Positions 28,072 through 39,130 are shown, counted from the stretch's first letter. The stretch: 60,387 nucleotides of DNA from an uncultured bacterium (GCA_903930455.1 CAIYYT010000070.1:1-60387), one strand, 5' to 3'. Notes: generated from the letters alone by a model not told the origin. Numbers and translations are program-made.

Positions 28072-28159
28072 CGAAACCTCACACTTAAAATAGTTGATCT
28101 GAGAAGAATATTTGTTATATTCATCGACCGATTGGGAGAATAAATAACTGAGGACGATC

Positions 28160-30703
28160 TTGAACGACTTCATACAGAAAGCAACAACCGATCTCACTAA
28201 CAAGCTATTCGGCGCCGCCGTTTTTCTGATCTCACTGGTTGTCTATCTGCTTACGGTACAGCACACCATCCCACTGTGGGACTGCGGGGAATTTATCGCC
28301 TGCTCCGCAACGCTGGGTATTGCCCACCCGCCGGGAACGCCGCTGTTCCTGCTCATCGGACGTCTGGCTACCTTGCTTCCGTTTGTCAGTGATGTCAGTT
28401 ACCGCATCAATCTTCTTTCCGCGTTTTCCAGTGCCGCCGCTGCAACCGCGGGCTATGTGGTTGCGGTACGTCTGCTGTTCTTTCTCCCGGGTGTCGCTGA
28501 AGATGCCCTCAAGAAAGTCGGCGTCTATTTCTGCTCCCTCATCGGCGCTCTGTTGTTTGCGTTTGGTCGCACGCAGTGGTCAAACTCCGTTGAGGCCGAA
28601 GTCTATTCGCTGTCGATGCTGCTAATCTTCCTGCTCGTCTGGTTCGCACTCCGTTGGTATGACCAGCGTGAGATTTCGGGCGCCAATAAGTATCTGATTC
28701 TAATTGCCTACCTGGGTACACTGTCAGTCGCCTTGCATCCGACCGTCTTCCTGGTCATGCCGGCTATCTTCGTTTTTCTGATCTTGGCCGATCGCTCATT
28801 GCTCAAGGACCTACGCGTCTGGATTTCTGGTATCGTCCTTTTCTGGGTGATGGTTGACGTTTCCCAGTATTTTACGCTGCTCGCGGTCTGGTTGGTCATT
28901 TCGCTTGGCTTCTATCTGGCCAAACGCTCCCGTGCATGGCTGCTGCCGCTCGGTCTGGCAATCGCCGCGGTAGCCGGTTTCTCCGTGCATGCCTATATTC
29001 CGATTCGCGCGGCCGAGCGTCCGAGTATCAATGAAAACGATCCCCAGACTTACGACCGCTTTATCCGATATCTCGAACGCAAGCAATATGGTCAGGAGTC
29101 CATGTTCTCCAAAATGTTCCATCGCCGAGCCAGTTGGTCTCACCAGTTGGGGGATTTCCCACGCATGGGCTTTGGCGGATTTCTGGTCGCTCAATTCGGC
29201 ATGTCCGGCGTCTTCTTTGCGATACCGTTGGTACTGACGTTGATTGGCATCATTAGTCTGATCAAATGGAAATGGAAGGTCGGAGTTTTTATCGTACTAC
29301 TCCTGTTCATTTGTACGATCGGTCTGGTGTTATACATGAATTTCGCCGATGGTTCGCAGATAGAGGCAATGACCGGCAATGACAAGCTGGAAGTACGCGA
29401 CCGTGATTACTTCTTTACACCGGGGTTCATTCTGATCGGACTCTATATCGGCATGGGTCTGTTTGTAGTGCTGAATTTCCTGACCAAATTGGTCGGGCAG
29501 CAGCGCGCCAAGCTGGTGACCTATGCTGTCTGCATCCTGGGGCTACTCATGCCACTCTCGGCTGTGATGGCGAATTTCCAATGTAATGATCGCTCCGATC
29601 ACTATCTGGCCTACGACTATGCCTACAATTTCCTGATGTCGTGTCCGCAAGATGCGATTTTGTTCACCAACGGCGACAATGACACCTTTCCGCTTTGGTG
29701 TCTGCAAGAGGCATACGGCATTCGCAAAGATGTCAGGATTGCCAACCTGTCGCTGATTCAGACCGACTGGTACGAGATGCAGTTGAAGCATGAGATGGGA
29801 GTGCCGATTTCGCTCGAAGATAATCAGATGCTGTGGGTAGAAGTGCCCGAGCCGCGCGTCCCAGGTGGCATCATTTATCGCCCAAGAGTGCCCTATGTTG
29901 ATCGTCTCCGCAGTGGCTGGGAGCACCCCTTGATGTCATTTCAGGATGACTCTACCGGACAGGTAGTCAGCGTGGCCGATCAGATGATTGAGAACATTAC
30001 TATTACCAATCGATGGAAGTATCCGATTGTCTTCGCCAACGGATATCCCCCCACGGTCAGATTCCCGCTGGCTGACCATGTCCGTCATCGCGGTTGGGTG
30101 GACGAGATCGTGCCGGAACCCAGTAAGGGCACTTGGGATGTCGAAACAACCATGAATCTGTTCACAAATACATTTCGGGCTCGGGAGTTGAACAACCCGC
30201 GTGCCTACCGCGATGAAGTTGCGACTACTCTGCTCATCGGTTCGGCGCAAATGACGATGGAGTTCTGCGATTTTCTTGACAGTCGCGGCGACACCGTAAG
30301 GAGTCAACAAGTGGCGGACTTGGTGATCAAGCAAACTCCTGAATTCTGGCAAGCATACGACAGGAAAGCGCGCTACCTGAAGCTTACGCCGGCGCAGAAG
30401 GATTCGATGTATGCCAACTATTTTGTTTATCTTGACAGTCTGATGGCGACCAACCCCGACAACTATTACTACCACCAGTACAAGGCGTTGGTCCTGCAGT
30501 ACAACGGCAAGGGTTCCGAAGCGATTTCAGAAGCGGAGAAAGCCTACGAAATCAATCCGGCGATTTCGGTAACTTACCGGACACTGATCAACATCTATGT
30601 CCTCAATGGTCGACGCGAAGATGCGATGCGCGTCTCTCGCGATTTCCTGCGCACCAATCCCGGTGATCCTACCGCTCGAGCGGTTGCTGCCGGCAGATTC
30701 TAA
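28160..30703 (+). CDS. DUF2723 / TMEM260-like (GT-C) glycosyltransferase with C-terminal TPR
   Basis: WDCGEF, HPPGTP, EAEVY, VRDRDYFF and FTNGDNDTFPLW motifs; many TM helices. Confidence 0.88.
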   Translation: MNDFIQKATTDLTNKLFGAAVFLISLVVYLLTVQHTIPLWDCGEFIACSATLGIAHPPGTPLFLLIGRLATLLPFVSDVSYRINLLSAFSSAAAATAGYVVAVRLLFFLPGVAEDALKKVGVYFCSLIGALLFAFGRTQWSNSVEAEVYSLSMLLIFLLVWFALRWYDQREISGANKYLILIAYLGTLSVALHPTVFLVMPAIFVFLILADRSLLKDLRVWISGIVLFWVMVDVSQYFTLLAVWLVISLGFYLAKRSRAWLLPLGLAIAAVAGFSVHAYIPIRAAERPSINENDPQTYDRFIRYLERKQYGQESMFSKMFHRRASWSHQLGDFPRMGFGGFLVAQFGMSGVFFAIPLVLTLIGIISLIKWKWKVGVFIVLLLFICTIGLVLYMNFADGSQIEAMTGNDKLEVRDRDYFFTPGFILIGLYIGMGLFVVLNFLTKLVGQQRAKLVTYAVCILGLLMPLSAVMANFQCNDRSDHYLAYDYAYNFLMSCPQDAILFTNGDNDTFPLWCLQEAYGIRKDVRIANLSLIQTDWYEMQLKHEMGVPISLEDNQMLWVEVPEPRVPGGIIYRPRVPYVDRLRSGWEHPLMSFQDDSTGQVVSVADQMIENITITNRWKYPIVFANGYPPTVRFPLADHVRHRGWVDEIVPEPSKGTWDVETTMNLFTNTFRARELNNPRAYRDEVATTLLIGSAQMTMEFCDFLDSRGDTVRSQQVADLVIKQTPEFWQAYDRKARYLKLTPAQKDSMYANYFVYLDSLMATNPDNYYYHQYKALVLQYNGKGSEAISEAEKAYEINPAISVTYRTLINIYVLNGRREDAMRVSRDFLRTNPGDPTARAVAAGRF

Positions 30704-30867
30704 TTGATATTTGTGAGACCGCTTGGGCGGGCGTTGCCAATTCTATGCTGGACAGTTGCGAAATCGAATGCGCGTCGCCGAGTCGTTGCTTCAACGGGGC
30801 ATGTTTTCGCAACCGCTGGCATTCGCTAGGAATACTCAAGCTTTTGTGGAGTTGCACGTATTAAGAC

Positions 30868-31734
30868 ATGCTATGGCTGATTTACATACTTGGCGTTCTC
30901 ATCTTCGGATCGACCTGGGTCGCAATGAAGATCGGTTTGCAGGCAATGCCACCGTTTGCGGCTGCTGTTGCCAGAAGTATCCTGACTTTTGTAGTGTTCT
31001 TTGTGGCATTCCGGCTCTGGCGCTTTCGCTTTCCTCCAAAAAAGAATATCCGACGTGATTTTTTTCTGGCGGGACTCATGCTCTATGGCGTCAGCTTTGC
31101 TTTGCTCTACTGGGGACAAGAGCGCATCGACTCCTCCATGTCAGCCATCCTCTATGCCACCATGCCGCTCTTTACCGGAATCTTCGCTCATTTTATGGTT
31201 CCCGCAGAGCGACTAACACTTCGGGTGATCTTTGGTTTGGTGATCGGCTTCGCTGGTACAATTCTGCTTTTTGCGGGCAAACTAAGTCTATCTGGCACGA
31301 TCTTCGGCATGCTGGCCATGGTGCTCAGCTCCTGCTGTTGTGCGTGGGCGACCGTCAAAACCAAACGTGACCTGCACGAAATCAAACCCAGCGCACTGGC
31401 GATCCTGATGCTGCCAGCAGGCCTGATCGTGCTTATCCCCTGTCTGGCGATCTTTGAAACACCGGAACGATTCTGGATGGATGCCAAAGGCGCCGGCTCG
31501 GTGATCTATCTTGCCATCTTTGGCGGAGGCATTGCCTTTATCATCTGGTTCTACCTGCTCAAGCGTCTTTCCGCTGTCGCTGCCTCGATGATGACTTTGC
31601 TTGAACCGCTGGTGGCGTCGTTTCTGGGGTATCTGATCCTCTCGGAATCGTTCGACAAGTACTTCTTCCTCGGAGGCACGCTAATACTTATGGGTGTGCT
31701 GACAGTAACACTACAAAAGCGACAGATCGCCTAA
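30868..31734 (+). CDS. EamA/DMT family transporter
   Basis: FGSTW, about 10 TM segments, LLEPLVA..LGYLILSE. Confidence 0.9.
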   Translation: MLWLIYILGVLIFGSTWVAMKIGLQAMPPFAAAVARSILTFVVFFVAFRLWRFRFPPKKNIRRDFFLAGLMLYGVSFALLYWGQERIDSSMSAILYATMPLFTGIFAHFMVPAERLTLRVIFGLVIGFAGTILLFAGKLSLSGTIFGMLAMVLSSCCCAWATVKTKRDLHEIKPSALAILMLPAGLIVLIPCLAIFETPERFWMDAKGAGSVIYLAIFGGGIAFIIWFYLLKRLSAVAASMMTLLEPLVASFLGYLILSESFDKYFFLGGTLILMGVLTVTLQKRQIA

Positions 31735-31746
31735 CGTCCGCCGTTC

Positions 31747-32160
31747 TCAGCTACCGAGAGTTTCTCTAATTCTTATTAGACATCCCCTGGGATTGCCTCT
31801 TAGTTGGTGCTCCCAGAGTCGGATCACGGTCCATCCGCGTTTTCTGAGGGTCCTTGACACTAAGCGATCGCGTTTGCGGTTTGCTTCGATTTTGGTGGTC
31901 CAGAATGACTTGTGTGTCGCAGGTACTCGGCGACACTTACGACATCCATGCCAGAAGCACCCATCCACGAAAATGGCGACCTGTTTTTGATCAAAGACGA
32001 AGTCGGGTTTACCATAGATATCTGCCGCGTACACCCGCCAGCCCCTTAGCCCCGAGGCCGCTAGCCTTGCGCGTAAACGCCATTCCGTTGATCGATTACC
32101 TCGGTTACGGATTGACGCCATGACTTCGGAACGCTTCTTTATGGAAAAAACATCTGGCAC
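31747..32160 (-). CDS. vsr: Very-short-patch repair endonuclease
   Basis: DVFS..KRSEVMASIR, GKPDFVF, FVDGCFWHG, FW..KI..N..RD and GWTVIRLWEH motifs. Confidence 0.93.
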   Translation of the reverse strand: MPDVFSIKKRSEVMASIRNRGNRSTEWRLRARLAASGLRGWRVYAADIYGKPDFVFDQKQVAIFVDGCFWHGCRKCRRVPATHKSFWTTKIEANRKRDRLVSRTLRKRGWTVIRLWEHQLRGNPRGCLIRIRETLGS

Positions 32161-32166
32161 TAGAGG

Positions 32167-32730
32167 CTACGTCGTTGGCTCAAATTTCTTCTTGAGTTCG
32201 AGAAATATGAGACGCTGGTCGCTTCTTGGAAGGCGACGGATGGTTCTGATCACACTCAAAGTATTGGGAGCGGGTGGAACTACCAGATTGCTGCGGCCTT
32301 CCTTGCAGTTCCTGCAGAAAACTCTCAGGTTCTCGTCGATGGTTGGCCCGCGCCGATCGTCATGATCGATGTGGAGCGTTATCTTGCGGCCAGGGTGGTA
32401 GGGATCGGGATCCGAGGGCGTCACCCCGCACATCGAACAGATCAAGCCGTCACGTTCAATTATCCTCGTACGCTGCGCTTTGTCGATTCTGAGGGCTAAG
32501 CGCGGTTCACGTTTAAGACTCACCAGTAAGTACTCATTAGGTTTCAAGTCGGGCCTGTCCCTACGAGAAAGTATTTGCATCCCCTCATCGTTTCGCAACT
32601 CCCGTATTCTCCTTTGGAAGTCTCTGATCTTGGCAATCCGAGCGATTTGCTCGGTTGTGACTATTTTGCCGACCTTGCCTTCAAGAAACTCCCTGATCTT
32701 GTCTCTCGCGCCTATGTTAGATCTTTTCAA
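32167..32730 (-). CDS. HNH endonuclease with N-terminal wHTH-like domain
   Basis: [36 protein letters not shown]. Probable TTG start at 32730 overlapping the DUF2075 stop (ORF track starts at 32766). Confidence 0.8.
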   Translation of the reverse strand: MKRSNIGARDKIREFLEGKVGKIVTTEQIARIAKIRDFQRRIRELRNDEGMQILSRRDRPDLKPNEYLLVSLKREPRLALRIDKAQRTRIIERDGLICSMCGVTPSDPDPYHPGRKITLHIDHDDRRGPTIDENLRVFCRNCKEGRSNLVVPPAPNTLSVIRTIRRLPRSDQRLIFLELKKKFEPTT

Positions 32731-34693
32731 AACCGATTTCTTCCAAATACTTGAAAGTAGAATCATAAAACTCGTGTTTGCGTGTCAAGTCATCTGAGTC
32801 CCCTGATGGGACGACAATCACCATTCCCTGTCTGGCACGAGTTAGAAGAACACGGTAAGCATTCTTCAGGTAAACTTGACGTTCTTGCTTTCTGATGCGA
32901 TTCCAATGGCTTCCGACAAAAGAGAAGTGATCCCATCCTCCTGGGGTATAGCGAAAATCGGCATCCCAGGTGACACATGCCCAATCTAACTCAAGTCCCT
33001 GGACCTGAAACTCCGTGACAACATCCTCAAGGAAATAGGAGGAGCGGACGTCGTCTTTCCCGTCAAGAAACCAATGAATTGGATCGACTGGCGATTTCAC
33101 ATCTATTGCATGTGGCTTCAATCGCTCCGCCTGGGAAGAGACTACAATGCCGTAGCGCTCAGACCCACGCGCCTTTTCTTTGAGCCATTGCTTTGCCTTG
33201 TTGAGATCGCGGGTTATCACAATGGGGTATTTACCTTTCACGTTTGTCAACGTCGTGCGTGCTTCATCTAGCTTCAAATCAAGCAGTTGTTTGACCAGTA
33301 AAGAAACATGCTCGGCGCGAAAAGAACGCATTGAAACAGAAAGATGTAATTCGTCCTTGTTGGTAACAATTGAGTGTTCTCTGACCTTCTCCAGAACTCT
33401 CTCTGCCCCATATTCACTGTCAGTAAGATGAGAAGATATGTAAATGTTCCAATTTGGATACGAACGGTTCAAAGATTCAATCCATTCGCAAATTCCTGCC
33501 TCTCCGGTGTTAATTTCTTGACCTCCACCAACGAGACAAACAACAACAGCCCAATCTGGATGACGATCGAGACAGGAGATTAAGAACTCAGGCTCAGATT
33601 TGTTGAAACTTGGCGTGTTCTTCTTAAGTCGCATAAAATTCGCTGTTTGCCGCAAATCCCACGCTCGTTGCGCTTCATCAAATAGAGCGACATGTTCAAT
33701 GGGTGGCTTCTTGAAGTCCACAAGACATTCATCACGAAAGTTGTGCACATTCTGAATGAACATCTTAACATCACTCATTGCTTCACTCTTCTTAAATTTG
33801 ACTCCTCGTTCCTTTTCGTGTCGAACTTTGTCTCGAGCTAAGGCTTCGCGAAGAATAGCAACAAGCGGGCCATTGCCTGAAAGAAAAACACTGTAAAGAT
33901 CACTATCTTTGTCAATATGCTTTGTCGCTATGTTGAGTCCAACTAAAGTCTTGCCTGCACCTGGGACGCCGGTGACAAAACAGATGGCTTTGTGCGACTT
34001 CTCTCTTGAAAGGCGAATGATTTCGGAGACTGCATCAGATGTTGCGCTGAGATTGATTGCGCTTGCGTCACTTCGAGAGATTTCGCTTACGGAATGGCCA
34101 TTGTACAATGCCATTGCCGCCTCGATGATTGTTGGAGTTGGTTGGTATCTTCCGGTTTCCCACTGAGTTGGGTTAATCTCGTCGCTATTGGCAAAGCACA
34201 AAACATCTGTGATTACTTGTTTGAGCAATTCCCCGTTGCATTTTATCGGAAAGAGCATTCTGTCATTGTGTGGAGTAGTAGAAATTGTTGTAGAAACATT
34301 CCTCGCTTTGGTTGCTATTAATACTGGAGCAACAAAGTGCTCGTGACTTGTCTCGTGAAAGTTTTTCAAATCGAGTGCATAGTCAAATACTTGGTCTATT
34401 GCGTGTGACGGAAATTCACTCTCGCCCACCTTAAACTCAAGGACAAATATAGTCGAGCCAGTAATGACTACAACATCAATTCGTCTTCCCATACGTGGAA
34501 TTGAGTATTCAAAATAGACCGAGCCTTCATGAGGTCGTAATGCCTTCTTGAGGATGTCAATTTCCTCTAGCCATGCGTCTCGTTGAGTCTGCTCCAAAGC
34601 GAAATCGTTACTTCGCACAAGTCTGCCGAGTATCTCATTTGGTGCTGCTTTTAGAAAATCGGTGATTGTGTCAGAATAATACTCTCGTTTCAT
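32717..34693 (-). CDS. DUF2075 (Schlafen group-3-like) nuclease-helicase
   Basis: N-terminal RRIDVV...VLEFK nuclease-like motif, Walker A GVPGAGKT, Walker B FDEAQR, QGLELD and [12 protein letters not shown] at 34693. Confidence 0.9.
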   Translation of the reverse strand: MKREYYSDTITDFLKAAPNEILGRLVRSNDFALEQTQRDAWLEEIDILKKALRPHEGSVYFEYSIPRMGRRIDVVVITGSTIFVLEFKVGESEFPSHAIDQVFDYALDLKNFHETSHEHFVAPVLIATKARNVSTTISTTPHNDRMLFPIKCNGELLKQVITDVLCFANSDEINPTQWETGRYQPTPTIIEAAMALYNGHSVSEISRSDASAINLSATSDAVSEIIRLSREKSHKAICFVTGVPGAGKTLVGLNIATKHIDKDSDLYSVFLSGNGPLVAILREALARDKVRHEKERGVKFKKSEAMSDVKMFIQNVHNFRDECLVDFKKPPIEHVALFDEAQRAWDLRQTANFMRLKKNTPSFNKSEPEFLISCLDRHPDWAVVVCLVGGGQEINTGEAGICEWIESLNRSYPNWNIYISSHLTDSEYGAERVLEKVREHSIVTNKDELHLSVSMRSFRAEHVSLLVKQLLDLKLDEARTTLTNVKGKYPIVITRDLNKAKQWLKEKARGSERYGIVVSSQAERLKPHAIDVKSPVDPIHWFLDGKDDVRSSYFLEDVVTEFQVQGLELDWACVTWDADFRYTPGGWDHFSFVGSHWNRIRKQERQVYLKNAYRVLLTRARQGMVIVVPSGDSDDLTRKHEFYDSTFKYLEEIGFEKI

Positions 34694-35028
34694 ACTGATC
34701 TTCAAGACTTGGCCTGTTATCTCCCCTGGTAAACAACAAGACGGGTTCGCAAGGTGTGATTCTTCTTCTTTGCTTCCATTTCTTCGAAACCGAATTCTCA
34801 CTGATTGTCGGCTACAACTATCGCACATTCCCGTCCTGAATGCAAGCTCAGTTTTCTTTGCACCCAGCGGGTAGTTGAAACATTCCCTTCTCCCTTCCGT
34901 ATTCTGTTCGAAGTGGGACGGCGGCGAAAATGATTGTCCCGCTCGGAAAAAGGTTTTGATATCGGCTTTGAGTGCCGTAGTCTTAGAATGTTGCAGTCTA
35001 GGAATGTGACAGTACAAAGGAGAAGACA

Positions 35029-35646
35029 GTGAAAATCGTCGGTATAGTCATAGGTGTATTGCTGCTGGTGGTATTGATCATCGGTGGCGTAATCTGGTCA
35101 GGCCGCGGAGGGTTGATTGAGCGCTCCCAGGCGGTCGACGAAAAATGGTCGCAGGTGCAGAATGTGTACCAGCGACGCTTCGATCTGGTGCCGAACCTGG
35201 TCGCCAGCGTCGACAATTTCATGGAACGCCAGCAGAAGACTCTGACTGACGTTATCGCCATGCGCCAGCGCGTGCTCGATCTCAAATCCTCCGCACAGTC
35301 AGCGCTTTCACAGCAGAATCCGGCGATGCTGGATTCGCTGTCTGGAATGCTGTCGAAACAGTTGAATTCCTACATCAACGTTGTCGTCGAGCGCTATCCT
35401 GAGATCAAAGGTGAGCAGATGTATTCTGATCTGCTGACGCAACTTGAAGGCACGGAAAATCGCATTGCGCAGGAACGCCGCACCTTCAACGAAGCCGTGC
35501 GTAGTTACAACACCTATCGCCAGAAGGGTGTCAGCGCTTTGATTGCCGGGTCTATCTTTGGTTTCCCATACGAAAAGCAGTTCTTCGCCGCCGTCACGGA
35601 AGCGCAGCAGGCGCCAAGCGTCAAGCAATTGCTCGAGAAGAAGTAG
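35029..35646 (+). CDS. lemA: LemA family protein
   Basis: [27 protein letters not shown] and LEGTENRI motifs. Confidence 0.95.
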   Translation: MKIVGIVIGVLLLVVLIIGGVIWSGRGGLIERSQAVDEKWSQVQNVYQRRFDLVPNLVASVDNFMERQQKTLTDVIAMRQRVLDLKSSAQSALSQQNPAMLDSLSGMLSKQLNSYINVVVERYPEIKGEQMYSDLLTQLEGTENRIAQERRTFNEAVRSYNTYRQKGVSALIAGSIFGFPYEKQFFAAVTEAQQAPSVKQLLEKK

Positions 35647-35658
35647 GTAGCCATTAAA

Positions 35659-36387
35659 GTGAAGCGACTCGCCCTTATATCGCTCTTTCTAATTGCCGCA
35701 GTCTCGGCATACGCTCTTGACGTGCCGCCGTATCGCTCGCCTGTTACCGATCTCGGCGGAGTGTTGAACGATCAGCAGCGTCAGCAACTTGAGCAGAAGA
35801 TTCTCGACTATCGCACACAGAGCACGAACGAGATTGGTGTCTTGATCGTCAATAGCCTTGAAGGCGACGATATCGAAAACTACGCCCACGATGCCTACGC
35901 AAAATGGGGAATTGGCAAGAAGGGCAAGGACAACGGCGTGTTGTTTGTGATGTCGGTCGCCGACCGCAAGGCACGTCTTGAAGTCGGTTACGGACTGGAG
36001 GGCGAACTCACCGACTTGGAAAGCGGCCGCATTGTCGCACGAAATTCGCCGATGGCTTCCGCTTTTCGCGCAAATGACTACTATGGCGGCGTCGACGCCG
36101 TTATCGACGGCATAATTCAGGCCATTGGCGGTGAATATGATCCACCCCAAAGCGAGAACGCTGGTGGCCACAATCCAATTCCCTTTGCAGTCGTCATGAT
36201 AATCGCAGCCGCGATTTTTATAATGAGAATCTTCGGTGGCGGAATGCGAGGCGGTTTCCGCGGACCTTTTGGCGGTGGTTGGGTAGGTGGCGGTTTATTT
36301 AGTGGAGGCAGTGGCGGTGGTGGTGGAGGCGGTTTCAGCTTTGGTGGTGGTTGTTCCGGTGGTGGTGGCGGCAGCGGCGGCTGGTAA
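35659..36387 (+). CDS. TPM-domain protein (YgcG-like) with Gly-rich tail
   Basis: WGIGKKGKDNGVL, LEVGYGLEG, C-terminal GGFSFGGG..GGGSGGW. Confidence 0.92.
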   Translation: MKRLALISLFLIAAVSAYALDVPPYRSPVTDLGGVLNDQQRQQLEQKILDYRTQSTNEIGVLIVNSLEGDDIENYAHDAYAKWGIGKKGKDNGVLFVMSVADRKARLEVGYGLEGELTDLESGRIVARNSPMASAFRANDYYGGVDAVIDGIIQAIGGEYDPPQSENAGGHNPIPFAVVMIIAAAIFIMRIFGGGMRGGFRGPFGGGWVGGGLFSGGSGGGGGGGFSFGGGCSGGGGGSGGW

Positions 36388-36401
36388 GAAGGATAAGGCA
36401 G

Positions 36402-37037
36402 ATGGCAACATTAGTTGATAAGTATTTTTCGGAAGGTGACCTCAAGCAGATCACCGAGGCGGTCAAGGCCGCCGAACTCAAGACCTCCGGCGAAATCGCT
36501 ATTATGATCGCGCCGCACTCCAGACATTGGCTCGTTGATCGCTGGTTGTTCTCTGCCGCGCTGGGGATCGTTTTCTCGCTGGTCTCGCTCTATCTTACGC
36601 GCGAAAGCAATTGGGGGACTTATTACAACTTCACCCAGGCTGCTCTCTGGGGGATCATCGGTTTCCTCATCGGCTACTTCGGCATCAATCTCTGGTTCAA
36701 ACGGCTCTCCGCACGTCACAAGGCTGTCTGGAAGAATGCGTTGAGACACTTTGCCAAACTGCAACCAACGCGCGGTCACACCGGTGTACTGATTTTCATC
36801 TCAGTGGACGAAAACGAAGTGGCAATCGTTGCCGACAAAGCCATCGCCGAGAAGCTCGATCAGAACTACTGGCAATTGCCACACGGCATGATCGAGAAAG
36901 CCATGCAGAAGGGATGCCACGCCGAAGGTATCATCGAAGCAATCGCTGAGATAGCCAACCAACTGGCGCAATTTTTCCCGCGCGAGGCGGACGACATCAA
37001 CGAACTCCCGGACGCCCCGGAAATCGTCGATCTATAA
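36402..37037 (+). CDS. TPM-domain membrane protein
   Basis: AELKTSGEI, TGVLIFIS, IVADKAI and DINELPD motifs; third gene of the lemA cluster. Confidence 0.9.
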   Translation: MATLVDKYFSEGDLKQITEAVKAAELKTSGEIAIMIAPHSRHWLVDRWLFSAALGIVFSLVSLYLTRESNWGTYYNFTQAALWGIIGFLIGYFGINLWFKRLSARHKAVWKNALRHFAKLQPTRGHTGVLIFISVDENEVAIVADKAIAEKLDQNYWQLPHGMIEKAMQKGCHAEGIIEAIAEIANQLAQFFPREADDINELPDAPEIVDL

Positions 37038-37160
37038 TTCCCCGGAACCCAATTTAGCTCTTTTTGGTATCATGAACATGATCATGGCCAGCACCGATGT
37101 TCGGTGATGGCGCATCTTGCATAGGGAGAGCCTGTTACCAGAAAGAGGACAGGAGGTATT

Positions 37161-37874
37161 ATGACACGGTATCTGACCATTCTGCTTGTGGCTCTGTTCG
37201 CGATCGCGTCGCTGCCGCACGGGGTAACGGCAGAGGATCGCAAGCTTTCGCCGATGGACTCGGACACTATCCGAACTGCCCCTGGACAAGGTCCGGGCTT
37301 CTTCGTTGAAGAGGATGCCTGGGTCGAGTACATGGATGAGCAGGTGCACGAGCAGTATTTCGTGCAGGCACGTGAAGCGCTGGCTAAAAACGACAAGAAA
37401 GAAGCAGCCCGAAACCTGAAATTCGGAGTTCTCTACATGCGCATGGAAGGCGGACGAGCTTCGAAGGAAGCCAAGCCGATTCTCAAGCAGTCAGAGTTGA
37501 CTCTTAAGCACATGGTCGACGGTCTGAAGTCTGGAACCGCGCCTACACTGACCACGCTCGACAGTGCTTATGCGCGCGCCAACTACTCACTGGCCCTACA
37601 TCATTATCTGAAGGCCAAGGAAAACTGGGTTGATCGAGCCTCCAACGTGGTTGGCCACGATCTCAAAGCGGCTGCTAACGAGCTACAGTTCGCGATCGTC
37701 TGGAGCGGCCAGACGCTTTCCCAGAGCACCAAGCAGACTCTCTATGACGTTGTTGTTGTGGGAGAGGCAATGGCAGACAACAGTGACTACACCAATGACG
37801 AAGTTGACAAATCAATCGCAACTATGGGTCAACAAGTTGACCTTGTCGGCAAAAACCCCGCGTTCGCCAAATAG
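37161..37874 (+). CDS. Secreted helical hypothetical protein
   Basis: AGGAGG RBS, signal peptide, two similar helical halves (AREALAK..KEAARNLK / AKENWVD..VVGHDLK). Confidence 0.75.
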   Translation: MTRYLTILLVALFAIASLPHGVTAEDRKLSPMDSDTIRTAPGQGPGFFVEEDAWVEYMDEQVHEQYFVQAREALAKNDKKEAARNLKFGVLYMRMEGGRASKEAKPILKQSELTLKHMVDGLKSGTAPTLTTLDSAYARANYSLALHHYLKAKENWVDRASNVVGHDLKAAANELQFAIVWSGQTLSQSTKQTLYDVVVVGEAMADNSDYTNDEVDKSIATMGQQVDLVGKNPAFAK

Positions 37875-37935
37875 GCGCGCAAATATGGCGCGAATAATGC
37901 TATTCGCGATGTCAAAGAGCTAGCGGGCCTAGGCA

Positions 37936-38098
37936 GTCAGCTCCCGCAGGCGGATGGTTGGCCTGTTTGACCTTGGGTTCCCGATCGTGTTTTGATAGTA
38001 GTATCGCGCCGATGTAACAAGCCTGGATTCCCGCCTGGCTGATCCGTCAGCAAAGGATTCCTGACGGTGCGCAAAAGACCGAAGCGGTTTTGACCTAC
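37936..38098. repeat. Decayed palindromic (REP/dRS3-like) elements
   Basis: CTGGATTCCCGCCT (38023-38036); CCGTCAG/CTGACGG hairpin (38044-38067); minus-strand GTAG-led hairpin GTAGGTCAAAACCGCTTCGGTCTTTTG (38098-38072). Confidence 0.45.
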
Positions 38099-38139
38099 TG
38101 CGGGATCAAGTCTGTGCAAGATCGAGGACACCGACAAGA

Positions 38140-38934
38140 CTAATAGAAGAGCGGAACTGTTGTTCTGAGACGGAATTCAAGAGCTGACGCCTCAAACACT
38201 CTTGGCATCGGCGGCTCCGGGTTCAATGTCGGTTCCGGTTCCCACGTCTGGAACCCGAAAAATAACAATCTCACTTCAAGGTGCAGAGAGGCAGCCAGTC
38301 CAAAATCTCGACGCACGCCTGCTCCTATTCCAACGGCACCCACACTGGTCACACCGCCGAGTTGGTGCAGTTCGAATCCCGGACCGTAAACATGCATGTC
38401 ATTGGATTTGTATTCTCCAATCCCAAGGGAAAAGAGGAAATATGGCAGAAACGGCTTGTCGACCCAAACAGGACTCAGTTCGACTTGCAGAGAGCCGAAC
38501 AGCAATCTTGATTCTCCACCAGTGCATTGTGTGCCGGCGGGAGAGATTTCCAGACTGCGCACAATAGCTTCGGGGTCCGCTGGATATTTCGAGTAATCGA
38601 GAATCACATTGAAAAGCGCGGCCATCGAATGGTTGCTTCTGATCCGTGGCCGATATGCGATCCCGGCTGAGTAGTTGATGCCACTCTTAGCGTTTGTTCG
38701 GAACCACTGCGGCGAGATTGGAAGGCTGAGACCAATTCCTGCTGAGATCCCGCCCCACGCGCCCGCTAGAATTTTCGAATCACTTTCGACCTTTGTCCGT
38801 TTGAGCAGAGGCGGTGGAGTGTGTTCTGCTGCACGGAGCCCGGACACCCAGAATAGGACTGTCAAAATTGACCCCGCAATTGCCAGAGCACCGAGTCGCA
38901 ATAGTCTCTCTTGTATTCTCTCCTCCTTTGGCAT
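38140..38934 (-). CDS. Putative outer-membrane beta-barrel protein
   Basis: Signal-like N-terminus, alternating beta-strand patterns (LPYFLFSLGIG, GIGAGVR, LHLEVRL), aromatic C-terminal FY. Confidence 0.6.
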   Translation of the reverse strand: MPKEERIQERLLRLGALAIAGSILTVLFWVSGLRAAEHTPPPLLKRTKVESDSKILAGAWGGISAGIGLSLPISPQWFRTNAKSGINYSAGIAYRPRIRSNHSMAALFNVILDYSKYPADPEAIVRSLEISPAGTQCTGGESRLLFGSLQVELSPVWVDKPFLPYFLFSLGIGEYKSNDMHVYGPGFELHQLGGVTSVGAVGIGAGVRRDFGLAASLHLEVRLLFFGFQTWEPEPTLNPEPPMPRVFEASALEFRLRTTVPLFY

Positions 38935-39130
38935 TCAAAGCCAGTGACCCCAATCATTCAGTTCTGCGGGTCGAAGCCGCCTCGCTCTAGACATCCCCTC
39001 CCTTTCCCCTGCTTCCGAACCCAATTTTGCTGAAGATCATTTGTAGAGTACTCTGTCTGTTTGCCGCTGTCAAGCCCATTTGCCGCGTTTCAGAAGTCGT
39101 ACACTCTCCCCGAGGGCAAATGAAAATTTG

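Noticed and set aside
31729-31746. GCCTAAC/GTTAGGC integron core site at the eamA/vsr junction
   Set aside because: No partner core site or attC-length palindrome nearby and no integrase; it coincides with the eamA stop codon.
34694-35017. 108-aa N-terminal extension of DUF2075 in the ORF track
   Set aside because: The sequence is not protein-like and would fill the divergent promoter region; ATG at 34693 gives the family-typical start.
36230-36387. GGT/GGC-rich simple repeat
   Set aside because: It encodes the ordinary Gly-rich tail of TPM/YgcG proteins.
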